Shown in pieces: positions 28,360 to 38,856 of a stretch of DNA of 64,000 nt. Below the pieces are notes generated by a model. It saw nothing but the letters and a program-made list of their open reading frames with translations, was not told the origin of the DNA and made no database searches. Origin of the DNA: an uncultured Porticoccus sp. (GTDB lineage: Bacteria; Pseudomonadota; Gammaproteobacteria; Pseudomonadales; Porticoccaceae); the NCBI GenBank assembly GCA_964276025.1, contig CAXYDD010000002.1:731568-795567 (forward strand), in the 5' to 3' direction. The translations under genes were made by a program, and so were the position numbers. How positions within the stretch are numbered: position 1 is the first letter of the stretch; every line of letters starts with the position of its first letter.

Positions 28360-29529
28360 TTAACCTTTTTTTATCACTTTGGTGAGTATATCAATCAGAA
28401 TTTCTACTTGCTCACTCGTTATATTAAGAGGGGGAAGTAAGCGAATAACTGAACCAGCAGTAACATTGATTAAAAGACCTTGCTCAGCTGCTAAATCAAC
28501 TAAGTCTTTACATGGTGCATTAAACTCAATTCCTATCATAAGCCCTTGACCTCTTATTTCAGTAATGTTTTTGCAGTCTTTGAGGGATTCATTAAGCTTC
28601 TGCTTAATAGATTCCCCTTGTTTTTTTGCATTTTCATGCAGTTGATCTTTGAGGATAGTTTCAATAGTAGCTAGTGCCGCTGCGCATGCTAAGGGGTTCC
28701 CGCCAAATGTAGAACCATGGCTGCCAGGTCTCATTAGGTTAGCTGCCTTTACTCCAGCAAGACACGCTCCAATGGGAACTCCATTTGCTAGTCCTTTAGC
28801 CGTTGTTACTATATCTGGAAGAATATCATGTTGTAGATAATTAAAATAAGAACCTGTTCTTGCGTTACCAGTCTGTATTTCGTCGACTATCATCAACCAA
28901 TCATGATCATCACAAATTTGACGAAGGTTTCTTAGGTAGGTTGAATTCGGAACTATTACCCCACCTTCTCCTTGTATGGGTTCGACTAGTATCGCTACAA
29001 TATCTTTATTATTTTTTGCAATCTCTTTAATCGCTGTGAGGTTAGCATAAGGCGCCCTAACAAACCCAGGAAGCAAGGGCGCGAAACCTTTTTGGTAGCT
29101 GTCACTTCCCGTAGCTGAAATTGTGGCCATTGTTCTGCCATGAAATGAGTTTTCCATAACAATGACTGTCGGATTGGAGTTTCTTTTTTTTGCACCATAA
29201 AGTCTCGCTAATTTTATAGCAGCTTCATTTGCTTCAGCTCCAGAATTACTAAAAAAAAGTTTCTCCAAACCAGATATCTTCTTTAGTTTTTCAGCTAATG
29301 TTTCTTGCGCCTGAATATTATAAAGATTAGAGCAATGTATGATTTTTTTAGCCTGATTGGATAAAGCCTCTGTTATGGCGGGGTGAGCATGACCTAAGCC
29401 ACAAACTGCTATCCCTGATACTGCGTCTAAATAACGCTTACCATCAGTATCCCAAACCCATGATCCATCCCCTTTGCATAAGGTAATTTTTCTAGAGCCA
29501 TAGTTATTCATTAATGCACTGCTGGTCAT
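28360..29529 (-). CDS. argD: Acetylornithine (or succinylornithine) aminotransferase, class III PLP enzyme
   Basis: LD...GIAV..LGH.HP, FSNSGAEANEAAIKLAR, DEIQTG..RTG and TTAKGL.NG motifs. It lies directly upstream of argF. Confidence 0.9.
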   Translation of the reverse strand: MTSSALMNNYGSRKITLCKGDGSWVWDTDGKRYLDAVSGIAVCGLGHAHPAITEALSNQAKKIIHCSNLYNIQAQETLAEKLKKISGLEKLFFSNSGAEANEAAIKLARLYGAKKRNSNPTVIVMENSFHGRTMATISATGSDSYQKGFAPLLPGFVRAPYANLTAIKEIAKNNKDIVAILVEPIQGEGGVIVPNSTYLRNLRQICDDHDWLMIVDEIQTGNARTGSYFNYLQHDILPDIVTTAKGLANGVPIGACLAGVKAANLMRPGSHGSTFGGNPLACAAALATIETILKDQLHENAKKQGESIKQKLNESLKDCKNITEIRGQGLMIGIEFNAPCKDLVDLAAEQGLLINVTAGSVIRLLPPLNITSEQVEILIDILTKVIKKG

Positions 29530-29671
29530 ATTTTTCCTGTTTTTCTATAGAATAAAAAGTAGGTTGCTCGGTAAGTCTAAAAACGAAAAAAGGCAGCTAT
29601 TTGCCACCTATCTCATAGAATATTATAAGGGATTCTGTAAATTGGCAATGACTATAAAATTTATTATTCAT

Positions 29672-30478
29672 CTATTGTGTAGCGCTAATTTTTTTTCTAA
29701 GACGCTTCGCAAGCTTCTTGTGTCGCTTCATATGCTTTTTGCGACGCTTCATAAACCAAACATAGGTTCCTGTCATAGCTAAAAATACAGTTAACAGCCC
29801 CATAAAGTCAACAAATAGGACACCTGCATCACCAAAAAATCTACCACTGTGTAAATCTAATATAACTGTTTCTAAAGATATCCCTGGCAATTGAGAACTC
29901 TGTTTAAGTTTTTTTACTAAAGCTGATGGAAGAGATATAGGTTGAGGCCATTTATCAACCTTCAGTTCACTAGGAGAAATTTCAAGTGAACTCGGATCTA
30001 AAGACAAAATTTCGTTTTTAGATTTTATTAACAGCGTGTTATCTAAGTAATCCAAATTAGTTGTGTCTTCTGGCAAACCAGTTAATGTATTAATTTTCTC
30101 TATGAACATTCCATCGGAGTTAAGAATAACTAATTCATCTTTACATAAAGCGATTAAAAAATTTTTCGTGGACGTTGCATTTAAAAGTGGCGGGGCACAA
30201 CTGGCAATAGGTTGATCATCTAAGAGCAACTCACGATCTCCTGGATGGTTGAACCACCTCCCCCTAACCTCAAAACCAGATAATGAGACTGTTTCAAAAC
30301 CGTACCAGCTTAGCAGCCACTCTGAGCTAAGTATTTTTTTGCTAAGGCCTGCGGCCGGTGAGTGATTTAAAAGTATCCCTGTAATTGATAGAAAGACCAA
30401 CACAATCATTACCGACAAACCAATACGTCGATGCCATCGTAAGTTAAAAGAAATCTTGTCCTTAAGTTTAGATTTCAA
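29672..30478 (-). CDS. PepSY-associated TM helix type membrane protein (iron-regulated membrane protein-like)
   Basis: N-terminal LRWHRRIGLSVMIVLVFLSITGILLNH and C-terminal DLHSGRFFGDAGVLFVDFMGLLTVFLAMTGTYVWF are the two characteristic PepSY_TM helices. They flank a periplasmic region of about 170 aa. Confidence 0.7.
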   Translation of the reverse strand: MKSKLKDKISFNLRWHRRIGLSVMIVLVFLSITGILLNHSPAAGLSKKILSSEWLLSWYGFETVSLSGFEVRGRWFNHPGDRELLLDDQPIASCAPPLLNATSTKNFLIALCKDELVILNSDGMFIEKINTLTGLPEDTTNLDYLDNTLLIKSKNEILSLDPSSLEISPSELKVDKWPQPISLPSALVKKLKQSSQLPGISLETVILDLHSGRFFGDAGVLFVDFMGLLTVFLAMTGTYVWFMKRRKKHMKRHKKLAKRLRKKISATQ

Positions 30479-30524
30479 ACGTGACTTTCCTATTGGGGGG
30501 GATGCAGTATATATTGATTAGGTA

Positions 30525-31112
30525 TTAATTAAGAGCTAACACCTGTTGGTGGTAATATAAGGCAAGTCTGGCTATTTTATTTAATGCCCATACCGACAAA
30601 GTAGCACCTGTAATACCATCAATATTCTGATCCAATTCATGGTCAGGTGTCATTTTTACATTCTTATACTGATTCGTAAACGACGGATAGCGAACTTCCC
30701 ATCCACGAGACTCTCTAAAGGCTAAAACTTTAACATGTTCGATATAAAAATCTTCAATATTACCTTTCACTACGACACCTACAGTTATAGGCCTTTCTTT
30801 TCCAATTTCCTCAAGTATCCACGCGGTCTTCTCATCCTCACTATAATATCTGACACGCATGCCTCTGATTGGACGGCTTAGTATCTCAGTAGATAGTTTT
30901 TTTAATTCTGGTGTTAGCCAGAGTGATTTTGCCTTAGATGGCGGTACACTAAAATTTTCGCTTAAAAACTCTGGAGTTGTTTGATATATAGCACTATGAG
31001 CTTTATTTGAAGTTAAAGAAAAAACACACAGAAACAGAAAAAAGAGAGTCACAAATGTGACCCTCTTTTTCTTGGTTTTTTCAAATAACCAAACTTCTAT
31101 ATTTTTCAACAT
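30525..31112 (-). CDS. Periplasmic FMN-binding domain protein (FMN_bind; predicted ApbE-flavinylated)
   Basis: Sec signal (AHSA/IY). The C-terminal DGITGATLS matches the D-x-x-[ST]-G-A-[TS] covalent-FMN motif of NqrC/RnfG-type domains. Confidence 0.7.
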   Translation of the reverse strand: MLKNIEVWLFEKTKKKRVTFVTLFFLFLCVFSLTSNKAHSAIYQTTPEFLSENFSVPPSKAKSLWLTPELKKLSTEILSRPIRGMRVRYYSEDEKTAWILEEIGKERPITVGVVVKGNIEDFYIEHVKVLAFRESRGWEVRYPSFTNQYKNVKMTPDHELDQNIDGITGATLSVWALNKIARLALYYHQQVLALN

Positions 31113-31124
31113 AATAACATGATA

Positions 31125-32339
31125 CTAGAAATCCCAGCCTACACCTAAATTGTAGCCTTTGTATTCAGTTCCACTTTCATTATCTTGATCGAAGTAGTCA
31201 GCTTTAAGAACAACACGCGGATGAATGTAATAATTAAATCCAACGTCAATTTGTTCTTTTTCTGATTTACTGTTGCTACCCGCTGTGTTGTCGTACTCGT
31301 TGTAACGTACGAAAACGCCCAGCTTGTCTGTGATTTTGAAATTTGGTTCAATGTACCAACCTTCTTGCTCATCTGCACCAGCTTGAACTTCTTCGATGTC
31401 ATCATCAAGATCCCATTGAGCGTAGAGCGCTCTTAAACCAAACGGTCCTTTTTTGTAGGCTAGATGTGCTTCGATCATTTGAGCGTCTACCTTATCTTTT
31501 CCAGCATGCGATTCGTTTTGCCAAATGTCTGCTTGATGTTGGAAAGATGCAGCTAGTTCTAATCCGGGTACACCGGTATATTTAATACGAGCTGTGTAAG
31601 CAATATCGTCACCTTTAGCTTTACCAACTTTTTGGCGGCCATCACGTATTTTATACTTACCAGCACTAGGGCTTATATATAGTCCAGAGTGAGCACCTAT
31701 ATCGTAGCTAAGCCCTTGAGTAAGCTCACCACTAAATAGAACACCACCTTCCCACCATGTAGATGGAATGATATTTTTCTCAACTGGATTACGTTCAACA
31801 CCATAGAAAGTAGGTGGCTCATGCGTTTCATTTAGAATACCTACAGGTATTAAGAACACACCAGCTTTAGCTCTATGTCCTTCTGTATAATCCCATTCGA
31901 TATAAGCTTGCTCGACTTCGACCTCACCAGCTTTACCTTCACCAGCGATAGAGTGCTCGATTTCGAACTCAGAAAAGAATCTTATCGTATCGCTGTATTC
32001 ATGACCTACGAATAAAACAAATCGGTGTAAATCAAATTCATTTTTTGAGTTTGTAGAGTTGTCTGAGTTATGGTTATTGTAGTGAAGCTCACCATAACCA
32101 CCCATGCTTGTTTTAGATGCCCATTCAGCCAATTTCGCTGTTGGACTAGATGTAATTTCCTCTACAGCTGTAAATGTAGATTCCGTTTTAGCATTATTTT
32201 CAGCAAGTCCTTCTTTCAGACTGCTAATTTCTGCTTGTTGTTTTTGTATCAGTTCATACATTTCATCTAATGTTGGTTTTGCGTCTACCGCAAATGCAAC
32301 AGATAAAAGTACAACTCCTGCTATTGTAGTACGAAACAT
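31125..32339 (-). CDS. Outer-membrane porin (phosphate-selective porin O/P-like beta-barrel)
   Basis: Signal peptide (AVDA/KP), an N-terminal coiled-coil segment, alternating beta-strand pattern and a C-terminal aromatic beta-signal (LGVGWDF). Confidence 0.7.
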   Translation of the reverse strand: MFRTTIAGVVLLSVAFAVDAKPTLDEMYELIQKQQAEISSLKEGLAENNAKTESTFTAVEEITSSPTAKLAEWASKTSMGGYGELHYNNHNSDNSTNSKNEFDLHRFVLFVGHEYSDTIRFFSEFEIEHSIAGEGKAGEVEVEQAYIEWDYTEGHRAKAGVFLIPVGILNETHEPPTFYGVERNPVEKNIIPSTWWEGGVLFSGELTQGLSYDIGAHSGLYISPSAGKYKIRDGRQKVGKAKGDDIAYTARIKYTGVPGLELAASFQHQADIWQNESHAGKDKVDAQMIEAHLAYKKGPFGLRALYAQWDLDDDIEEVQAGADEQEGWYIEPNFKITDKLGVFVRYNEYDNTAGSNSKSEKEQIDVGFNYYIHPRVVLKADYFDQDNESGTEYKGYNLGVGWDF

Positions 32340-32430
32340 TTTGCCGATCTCCTAATTTAATGCGACTTTAAGTTAGCAACTTAAATTAAAACTTATTTAA
32401 GTTAACTAAAGCACTATACATTAATTTTAT

Positions 32431-32490
32431 ACAAATGAGAACTATTATCATTCAGTTATTTAAATGATTATCAATATTAATATCATTTAT
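32431..32490. promoter_or_regulatory. Fur-box-like operator cluster in the divergent porin/grxD intergenic region
   Basis: ACAAATGAGAACTATTATC (32431-32449) and TTAAATGATTATCAATATT (32460-32478) each match 13/19 positions of GATAATGATAATCATTATC by my manual alignment. The second sits within the near-palindrome AATGATTATCAATATTAATATCATT. Chance matches are plausible in AT-rich DNA. Confidence 0.4.
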
Positions 32491-32643
32491 GGGTAGATTG
32501 GTTTATTTTCGACAAAATATACCTGTAATTTAAATAATTTTATAAGATTGAGTTAAGTAACAGTTTTAGCGGAAAGAATAAAAGGTTAAAATACTCCTGA
32601 ATGTAGATATATTTATTTTATTTTTATAAAGGTATTGTTATTA

Positions 32644-32967
32644 ATGGATATAATGGAAACTATACGTGAGCAAATTGAAGGTAACCCAATCATTCTGTAT
32701 ATGAAGGGCTCACCTAATTCACCGCAGTGTGGTTTTTCTGCTCGCACTATAGAGGCTCTGACTTCTTGCGGTGAACGTTTTGCTTTTGTTGACATACTAA
32801 GTAACCCTGAAATTAGAACTAATTTACCTTCTTATGGTAATTGGCCAACATTTCCTCAGCTATGGGTAAAAGGGGAACTAATTGGAGGATGTGACATTAT
32901 TACAGAGATGCATGAAAAAGGTGAGTTAGCCCCACTAATTAAGGAAGCATCTCAAAATACAAAATAG
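32644..32967 (+). CDS. grxD: Monothiol glutaredoxin (Grx4 family)
   Basis: PIILYMKGSP..PQCGFS active site and WPTFPQLWV.GELIGGCDI. The start may be the ATG at 32644 or at 32653; the TTG at 32635 in the ORF track is less likely. Confidence 0.92.
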   Translation: MDIMETIREQIEGNPIILYMKGSPNSPQCGFSARTIEALTSCGERFAFVDILSNPEIRTNLPSYGNWPTFPQLWVKGELIGGCDIITEMHEKGELAPLIKEASQNTK

Positions 32968-33139
32968 ATTGAGTAATAATTTTGGCATTTTGACGATACC
33001 CGCTACTTTCTGTTAATCTTAATTCATAGGAATGTTAAAATTTTATTTAATATCCATGATGCATGTACCTATTAAAATAGGCATGTATGGCATCAAAAAA
33101 TTTACTGGAAATTAATAATAGAATAAAAGGAGCTTTATT

Positions 33140-33751
33140 ATGGGTAATGGTGTACTAGTAGGTAAACAGGCCCCAGATTTCACCTCTGGGGCAGTACTGG
33201 CTAACGGAGAGATAGTTGACGAGTTTAATTTACATTCAACTATTAAAGGTAAAAAAGCGGTCATCTTTTTCTATCCTTTAGATTTTACTTTTGTATGTCC
33301 GTCGGAGCTAATTGCTTTCGATCATCGTATGGAGGATTTTAAAAAACGTGGTGTGGAAGTTATAGGCGTCTCTATCGATTCAGTCTTTACCCATAATGCA
33401 TGGCGCAATACAGCTATCAACGATGGAGGTATTGGCCAAGTTAATTATCCTCTTGTTGCAGATATGAAGCATGAGATATGTCAAGCCTATGATGTTGAAT
33501 TTGGAGATGCGGGCGTCGCTTTTCGTGGCTCATTTTTGATTGGTGAGGACGGTATTGTTTATCATCAAGTGGTCAATCATTTACCATTGGGACGCAACAT
33601 AGACGAAATGCTTCGTATGATAGATGCACTGAGTTTCCATCAGGAGCATGGTGAAGTTTGTCCTGCTGGCTGGAAAGAAGGCGACAAAGGCATGGATGCG
33701 TCAACTGAGGGTGTGGCTTCATACCTAGCTGACAATGCTGATAATCTATAG
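33140..33751 (+). CDS. Typical 2-Cys peroxiredoxin (AhpC/Prx1 family)
   Basis: FYPLDFTFVCPSE (peroxidatic Cys) and EVCPAGW (resolving Cys). Confidence 0.9.
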   Translation: MGNGVLVGKQAPDFTSGAVLANGEIVDEFNLHSTIKGKKAVIFFYPLDFTFVCPSELIAFDHRMEDFKKRGVEVIGVSIDSVFTHNAWRNTAINDGGIGQVNYPLVADMKHEICQAYDVEFGDAGVAFRGSFLIGEDGIVYHQVVNHLPLGRNIDEMLRMIDALSFHQEHGEVCPAGWKEGDKGMDASTEGVASYLADNADNL

Positions 33752-33801
33752 TTGTAAAAAATAATAGATTTAACGCGCCTGATTTAATTTAGAGCACTTA
33801 A

Positions 33802-33838
33802 AAAAACCGCAGAATTTATTTTTGCGGTTTTTTATTTT
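33802..33838 (+). terminator. Intrinsic terminator after the peroxiredoxin gene
   Basis: AAAAACCGCA (33802-33811) pairs with TGCGGTTTTT (33823-33832) around an 11-nt loop, followed by a T-rich tail. Confidence 0.75.
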
Positions 33839-33862
33839 ATAAAAATATTATTGGAGATTCAG

Positions 33863-34069
33863 ATGTCAATAGATAGAATTATTGAGCTAGAAACTAAATT
33901 ATCTTACCAAGAAGACACGATCTCTCAGCTGAATGATGTGGTTTGCAGACAACAAAACCAATTAGATGAAATTGATCAAAAGTGTGAGTTACTTTTTTCT
34001 TCTACAAGAGCTTTGACTCAAAAACTGGCTGGTGAAGCTGGAGAGGTTGACAAGCCTCCACATTATTAA
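33863..34069 (+). CDS. slyX: SlyX family protein
   Basis: Coiled-coil sequence IIELETKLSYQEDTISQLNDVV..QQ.QLD is typical of SlyX. The ATG at 33863 sits behind a GGAG; the TTG at 33851 in the ORF track is less likely. Confidence 0.75.
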   Translation: MSIDRIIELETKLSYQEDTISQLNDVVCRQQNQLDEIDQKCELLFSSTRALTQKLAGEAGEVDKPPHY

Positions 34070-34099
34070 GATATTTTATTAAAATTAGTTATATTTTTT

Positions 34100-36388
34100 T
34101 TATTGAGTTTCTGGAAATTCATTAGCACTAAAAAAATCAGACCCCATCATAGCTGTAGTATTAAGAATTCCTCTCCCTGATACGGATGGTATTAAAATAT
34201 GAGCTGGTTTTTCTAGACCATTGAGAAACGGTCCAACGAGACGCGCATTTGTGAGTGAGCGTATTAAACCTAGAGCTATGCTAGCAGCATCCATGTTAGG
34301 CATGATAAGCACATTAGCTCTCCCAGTAATATTTGCATTATTGCAAATAGTTTCTCTCAAAGCTTCATTTAGTGCAGACATCGCATGCATCTCACCATCG
34401 ATTTCAATATCTGGAATCTGGACACGAAGTTTTTCTGCGGCTCTTTTCATTTTATGAGCTGACTGATCATCATAGGTGCCATAATTTGAATGAGACAGAA
34501 GGGCAACTTTTGGTATAACTCCACATCCCATGACGAATTCGATAGCATCTTCAGTGATATGTATGATCTGTTCTTCTGTTGGATTTACATTAATAAATGC
34601 ATCTGCCAGAAATAATGGACCATCATCTAGAAGTAAAATACAGATAGAGGATACACTGCTTTTGTCATTGCGTGGCGGAATGATGCTTGCAATCTTCGTT
34701 AAGTGTTGATCATAACGACCTGACTTGCCACATATCAGACCATCTGCATCACCTAGTGCAACCATTATAGTTGCTATAACCGAGTTATCTGTATGAATTG
34801 AGTTTCTAGCTGTTTCTACAGAGATTCCAGAACGACCTACATGTTTGTGATAATACTGCCAGTAATTTTCTCGATGACCATCATCTTCAGGATTAAATAT
34901 CTGAAAATCAACTCCGGGTTTGATGCGCAAATTCATTTCTTTAATTTTTTGTTTAATAATAACTGGACGACCAATCAAAATCGGCTTCGCAATTTTTTCA
35001 TCAATAATACCCTGCATTGCCCTCAGAACGTCTTCATTCTCTCCTTCAGCATAGGCTATCCTGGGTGGATTCTTTTTTGCTCTCTCTATCATAGGCTGCA
35101 TAAAAAGCTGACTACGATTAACATAGCTATGAAGCTTATTGCGATATGCCTCGAGATCCTCAATTGGCCTAGTGGCTACACCGCTTTCCATAGCAGCTTT
35201 TACTACAGCCAAAGGAACCTCTTCAATAAGTCGAGGATCAAACGGTTTAGGAATAAGATAATCTGGTCCAAATTTTAAATCTTCTCCTGCATAAGCTTCG
35301 GTTACTTCCGGAGAGGCTTCACGATGAGCTAGATCTGCAATAGCCATTACACATGCTTTTTTCATCTCATCGTTGATGATCGTTGCACCACAATCCAAAG
35401 CCCCTCTGAATATAAAAGGAAAGCACAGGACGTTATTAACTTGATTTGGGAAGTCTGAGCGCCCAGTAGCTATTATCGCGTCTGGTCTGGCCTTCTTGGC
35501 TAATTCAGGCATTATTTCTGGTGTTGGATTAGACATAGCAAGCACTAACGGATTTGGCGCCATTTTTTTGATCATGCTAGCCTTTAATATCCCAGGACCA
35601 GAAAGCCCTAAAAATAGATCAGCATCAATTATCGCGTCATCTAGTGTTCTATCATTAGTTTCAGAGGCGTAATCTTCTTTCCATGGGTTCATTCCGACTT
35701 CTCTGCCTTTATAAATAACCCCATTACGATCGATCATTCGAACATTATTTTTTTGTAGCCCCATGGTAACAAGAAGATTTACGCATGCTATGCTTGCAGC
35801 GCCAGCGCCAGTGACAACAATCTTAATATCTTCCATTCTTTTTTCAACGATTCTTAAACCATTATAAATTGCAGCTGCTGATACAATAGCAGTCCCATGT
35901 TGGTCATCATGGAATACTGGTATTTTCATACGTTCGTGCAGTTTTTTCTCGATGAGGAAGCATTCCGGAGCTTTAATATCCTCTAAATTTATTCCACCAA
36001 AGGTCGGTTCAAGTGACGCTATAATATCGACTATTTTGTCAACATTTGGTTCATCAATTTCAATATCAAAAACATCAATATTAGCAAATTTTTTGAAGAG
36101 TACAGCTTTTCCTTCCATTACTGGTTTTGACGCCAGCGGACCTATATCTCCAAGACCTAGAACTGCAGATCCATTTGTGATCACCGCAACAAGATTTCCT
36201 CGTGCAGTTACTTTATCTACATCTGTAGGATTTTTAACTATATGGCCACATGCATAAGCCACTCCAGGTGAATATGCCATTGCTAGATCACGAGCATTGG
36301 CCATCGGTTTAGTGGCCCGAATCTCTAGTTTTCCTGGTAGAGGATCCATGTGATAGCGAAGAGATCTTTCTTTAAACGAATCATCCAT
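34100..36388 (-). CDS. maeB: NADP-dependent malic enzyme with C-terminal phosphotransacetylase-like domain
   Basis: 762 aa with a malic enzyme N-terminal domain ([22 protein letters not shown]) and a PTA-like C-terminal half. Confidence 0.92.
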   Translation of the reverse strand: MDDSFKERSLRYHMDPLPGKLEIRATKPMANARDLAMAYSPGVAYACGHIVKNPTDVDKVTARGNLVAVITNGSAVLGLGDIGPLASKPVMEGKAVLFKKFANIDVFDIEIDEPNVDKIVDIIASLEPTFGGINLEDIKAPECFLIEKKLHERMKIPVFHDDQHGTAIVSAAAIYNGLRIVEKRMEDIKIVVTGAGAASIACVNLLVTMGLQKNNVRMIDRNGVIYKGREVGMNPWKEDYASETNDRTLDDAIIDADLFLGLSGPGILKASMIKKMAPNPLVLAMSNPTPEIMPELAKKARPDAIIATGRSDFPNQVNNVLCFPFIFRGALDCGATIINDEMKKACVMAIADLAHREASPEVTEAYAGEDLKFGPDYLIPKPFDPRLIEEVPLAVVKAAMESGVATRPIEDLEAYRNKLHSYVNRSQLFMQPMIERAKKNPPRIAYAEGENEDVLRAMQGIIDEKIAKPILIGRPVIIKQKIKEMNLRIKPGVDFQIFNPEDDGHRENYWQYYHKHVGRSGISVETARNSIHTDNSVIATIMVALGDADGLICGKSGRYDQHLTKIASIIPPRNDKSSVSSICILLLDDGPLFLADAFINVNPTEEQIIHITEDAIEFVMGCGVIPKVALLSHSNYGTYDDQSAHKMKRAAEKLRVQIPDIEIDGEMHAMSALNEALRETICNNANITGRANVLIMPNMDAASIALGLIRSLTNARLVGPFLNGLEKPAHILIPSVSGRGILNTTAMMGSDFFSANEFPETQ

Positions 36389-36595
36389 TTTTATTTCTCA
36401 TAATTAATCACCAAGAAAATCTTGGCAGTTTTTTTTGGTGTTTAAAAAATTATATGTATTCTAACGCGAGAGGTATTGTTATTGCTAAAGAAATTGTTAG
36501 CTTCGCTTATAAATATTCAACTTTCTAGATTTACATTTTATAAGTAAACTTACAATAGAGTAATAATTCAATAAAAAATATAACAGAGTGAAGCT

Positions 36596-36916
36596 ATGCC
36601 AACAGTTTATTTCATAGGATCAAATGGAGGCAAGTATGAGGTTGAGGCTCAAGAAGGGGATTCCGTTATGCAGGCAGCTTTATATGGTATGGTCGACGGT
36701 ATATTAGGAGAATGTGGAGGTCAATTGCGATGTGGCACATGCCATTGCTATGTTGATGAAAATTGGGTTAGTAAGTTAGATAGAGTTAGTGATTTAGAAG
36801 CTATGATGCTTGAAGCAGTTATTGATCCTAAAAAAAATAGTCGACTCAGCTGTAACATAAAGATAACTGAAGAGTTAAACGGGCTAGTCGTTAGTATCCC
36901 TGAACGTCAATATTAG
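36596..36916 (+). CDS. 2Fe-2S ferredoxin (adrenodoxin/putidaredoxin type)
   Basis: 106 aa with ECGGQLRCGTCHC...LSC, giving the C-x5-C-x2-C...C ligand pattern. Confidence 0.85.
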   Translation: MPTVYFIGSNGGKYEVEAQEGDSVMQAALYGMVDGILGECGGQLRCGTCHCYVDENWVSKLDRVSDLEAMMLEAVIDPKKNSRLSCNIKITEELNGLVVSIPERQY

Positions 36917-36954
36917 AATTTTTGGTATTCTGTCTAAGAATATCAATTTTTATA

Positions 36955-37572
36955 TTAATTCCATCCACCAAGGTCATTCCATTTGTTTACAATCGTGCAA
37001 AATAACTCTGCAGTTTTTTCTGCATCATAAATAGCAGAATGCGCTTTATCGTTACTAAATTCAATTTCGGCAGATTTGCATGCTTTAGCTAAAACAGTCT
37101 GTCCGTATGCTAGACCGCCCAGGGTAGCAGTATCAAAACATGTAAAGCTATGAAAAGGATTTTTTTTGATGTTATTGCGCTTGATTGCAGTATTTAAGAA
37201 GGCAAGATCAAAATGAGCATTATGCCCTACCAAAACAGCTCTACTACAATGCTCAGATTTGACTGCATCATTAATATCATTAAAAAAAGAAGTTATAGCT
37301 TCTTTTTCATCTATAGCAGTCCGGTATGGATCATTTGGATCAATTCCTGTGATATCAAGCGCCGCTTGTTCAATATTTGCTCCCTCAAAGGGGATAATTG
37401 AATGAAGAAGATTACATTCAGGAATTAACACCCCTCGTTCGTTAATAGACAGAATGACAGCACCTATTTCAAGAAGTGCGTCAGTCTCAGAATTAAAACC
37501 TCCAGTTTCAACATCAACTACTACAGGTAAAAATCCCCTAAATCTATCTGACATAAGTTGTTTCATAGGCAA
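36955..37572 (-). CDS. rnt: Ribonuclease T
   Basis: RFRGFLPVVVDVETGGFN (DEDD exo I), VGHNAHFDL.FL and AHSA.YDAE motifs. Confidence 0.9.
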   Translation of the reverse strand: MPMKQLMSDRFRGFLPVVVDVETGGFNSETDALLEIGAVILSINERGVLIPECNLLHSIIPFEGANIEQAALDITGIDPNDPYRTAIDEKEAITSFFNDINDAVKSEHCSRAVLVGHNAHFDLAFLNTAIKRNNIKKNPFHSFTCFDTATLGGLAYGQTVLAKACKSAEIEFSNDKAHSAIYDAEKTAELFCTIVNKWNDLGGWN

Positions 37573-37590
37573 ATGGTTCTATTATTTAGT

Positions 37591-38640
37591 TTATTTTATG
37601 ATCTGCCATTGTAAAGCTTTACCTGCTTCCAATGGGGTAATTGTTTCTTCAATAAATGGTAATTCTGCGGGTACATCCCAAGGTATTTTATGTAGTGTTA
37701 TTGTATCTTTATTCCTGGGAAGCTTGTAAAAATCTGGGCCAAAATGACTAGCAAAACCTTCGAGTTTATCTAGCGCCCCAGCTTTTTCAAATACCTCTGT
37801 GTATAACTCTATAGCGGCATGATTGGAATAACAGCCCGCACAACCGCAGGAATTTTCTTTTGAATTTGTCGAGTGTGGAGCGGAATCAGTCCCAAGAAAA
37901 AATTTAGGGTCACCGCTAATTGCCGCAGAAATAAGCGCTTTTTGGTGGATGTCTCTTTTTAAAATTGGTAAACAATAGTAATGAGGCTTGATTCCTGACG
38001 AAAGCATATGATTACGATTATATAAAAGATGTTGAGGTGTAATTGTTGCAGCTAGCCTGTCAGTTGAACCTGCTACAAAATCAACCGCCTCTTTCGAGGT
38101 AATATGCTCAAATACGATATTTAATTCAGGAAAATTTCTTACAAGCTCTTTTAGATGGCGATCTATAAAAATAGCCTCTCGATCAAAAATATCAACGTTT
38201 TGATCAGTGACTTCCCCATGGAGAAGCAAAGGGATATCTTCTTCTTCCATTTGTGATAGGACTGCGTAGATTTTTTTTAAGTCAGTGACCCCTGATTCAG
38301 AATTTGTGGTAGCTCCAGCTGGATAGTATTTACATCCAAACACCTTACCTGAAGCTTTAGCTTTAGTGATTTCTTCAGGCGATGTTTTATCAGTAAGATA
38401 GAGAACCATCAATGGTTGCCAGTGTGAATTTTTTGGACGATTGCTTAATATTCGCTCACGATAATCCACAGCTTGATCTGTTGTTAAAACTGGAGGATCT
38501 AGATTTGGCATTACAATTGATCTACCAAAATTTCTGGATGCGTCTTTTACAGTGAAAGCTAATGCTTCACTATCTCTTAAATGAACATGCCAATCATCTG
38601 GGCGGACTATGGTTATTTCTTTTTTGTCACTTTTTTTCAT
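37591..38640 (-). CDS. pyrC: Dihydroorotase (class II, E. coli type)
   Basis: [34 protein letters not shown] and LGTDSAPH motifs. Confidence 0.93.
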   Translation of the reverse strand: MKKSDKKEITIVRPDDWHVHLRDSEALAFTVKDASRNFGRSIVMPNLDPPVLTTDQAVDYRERILSNRPKNSHWQPLMVLYLTDKTSPEEITKAKASGKVFGCKYYPAGATTNSESGVTDLKKIYAVLSQMEEEDIPLLLHGEVTDQNVDIFDREAIFIDRHLKELVRNFPELNIVFEHITSKEAVDFVAGSTDRLAATITPQHLLYNRNHMLSSGIKPHYYCLPILKRDIHQKALISAAISGDPKFFLGTDSAPHSTNSKENSCGCAGCYSNHAAIELYTEVFEKAGALDKLEGFASHFGPDFYKLPRNKDTITLHKIPWDVPAELPFIEETITPLEAGKALQWQIIK

Positions 38641-38856
38641 TACAATTTAATTATCTTTTAGTGATGTTTGCAGGTAATGCTAATGGGATCTTTGCATCCT
38701 TTAAAATAAATTCAATATGATTATACCCTTCTTGTTAGTAAGGTTGTTGTTTTATGAGTATATTATTAAGTGTTTGCTGTGAAACTAGTCAACAGCATAT
38801 TAGAATAGACTATATTTTTTCAATTATAAAATATTACTGAACTAGGAGTTTATGTA

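Noticed and set aside
29564-29782. 72-aa plus-strand ORF in and around the argD/PepSY spacer
   Set aside because: It overlaps the 3' end of the PepSY-type gene in antisense and has no supporting features.
38641-38856. ArgR (ARG box) operators upstream of argG and pyrC, and similarly upstream of argD (29530-29671)
   Set aside because: There are only loose A/T-rich resemblances to TGAAT-N4-ATTCA (for example AAATTCAATATGATTA), and no properly spaced pair of boxes.
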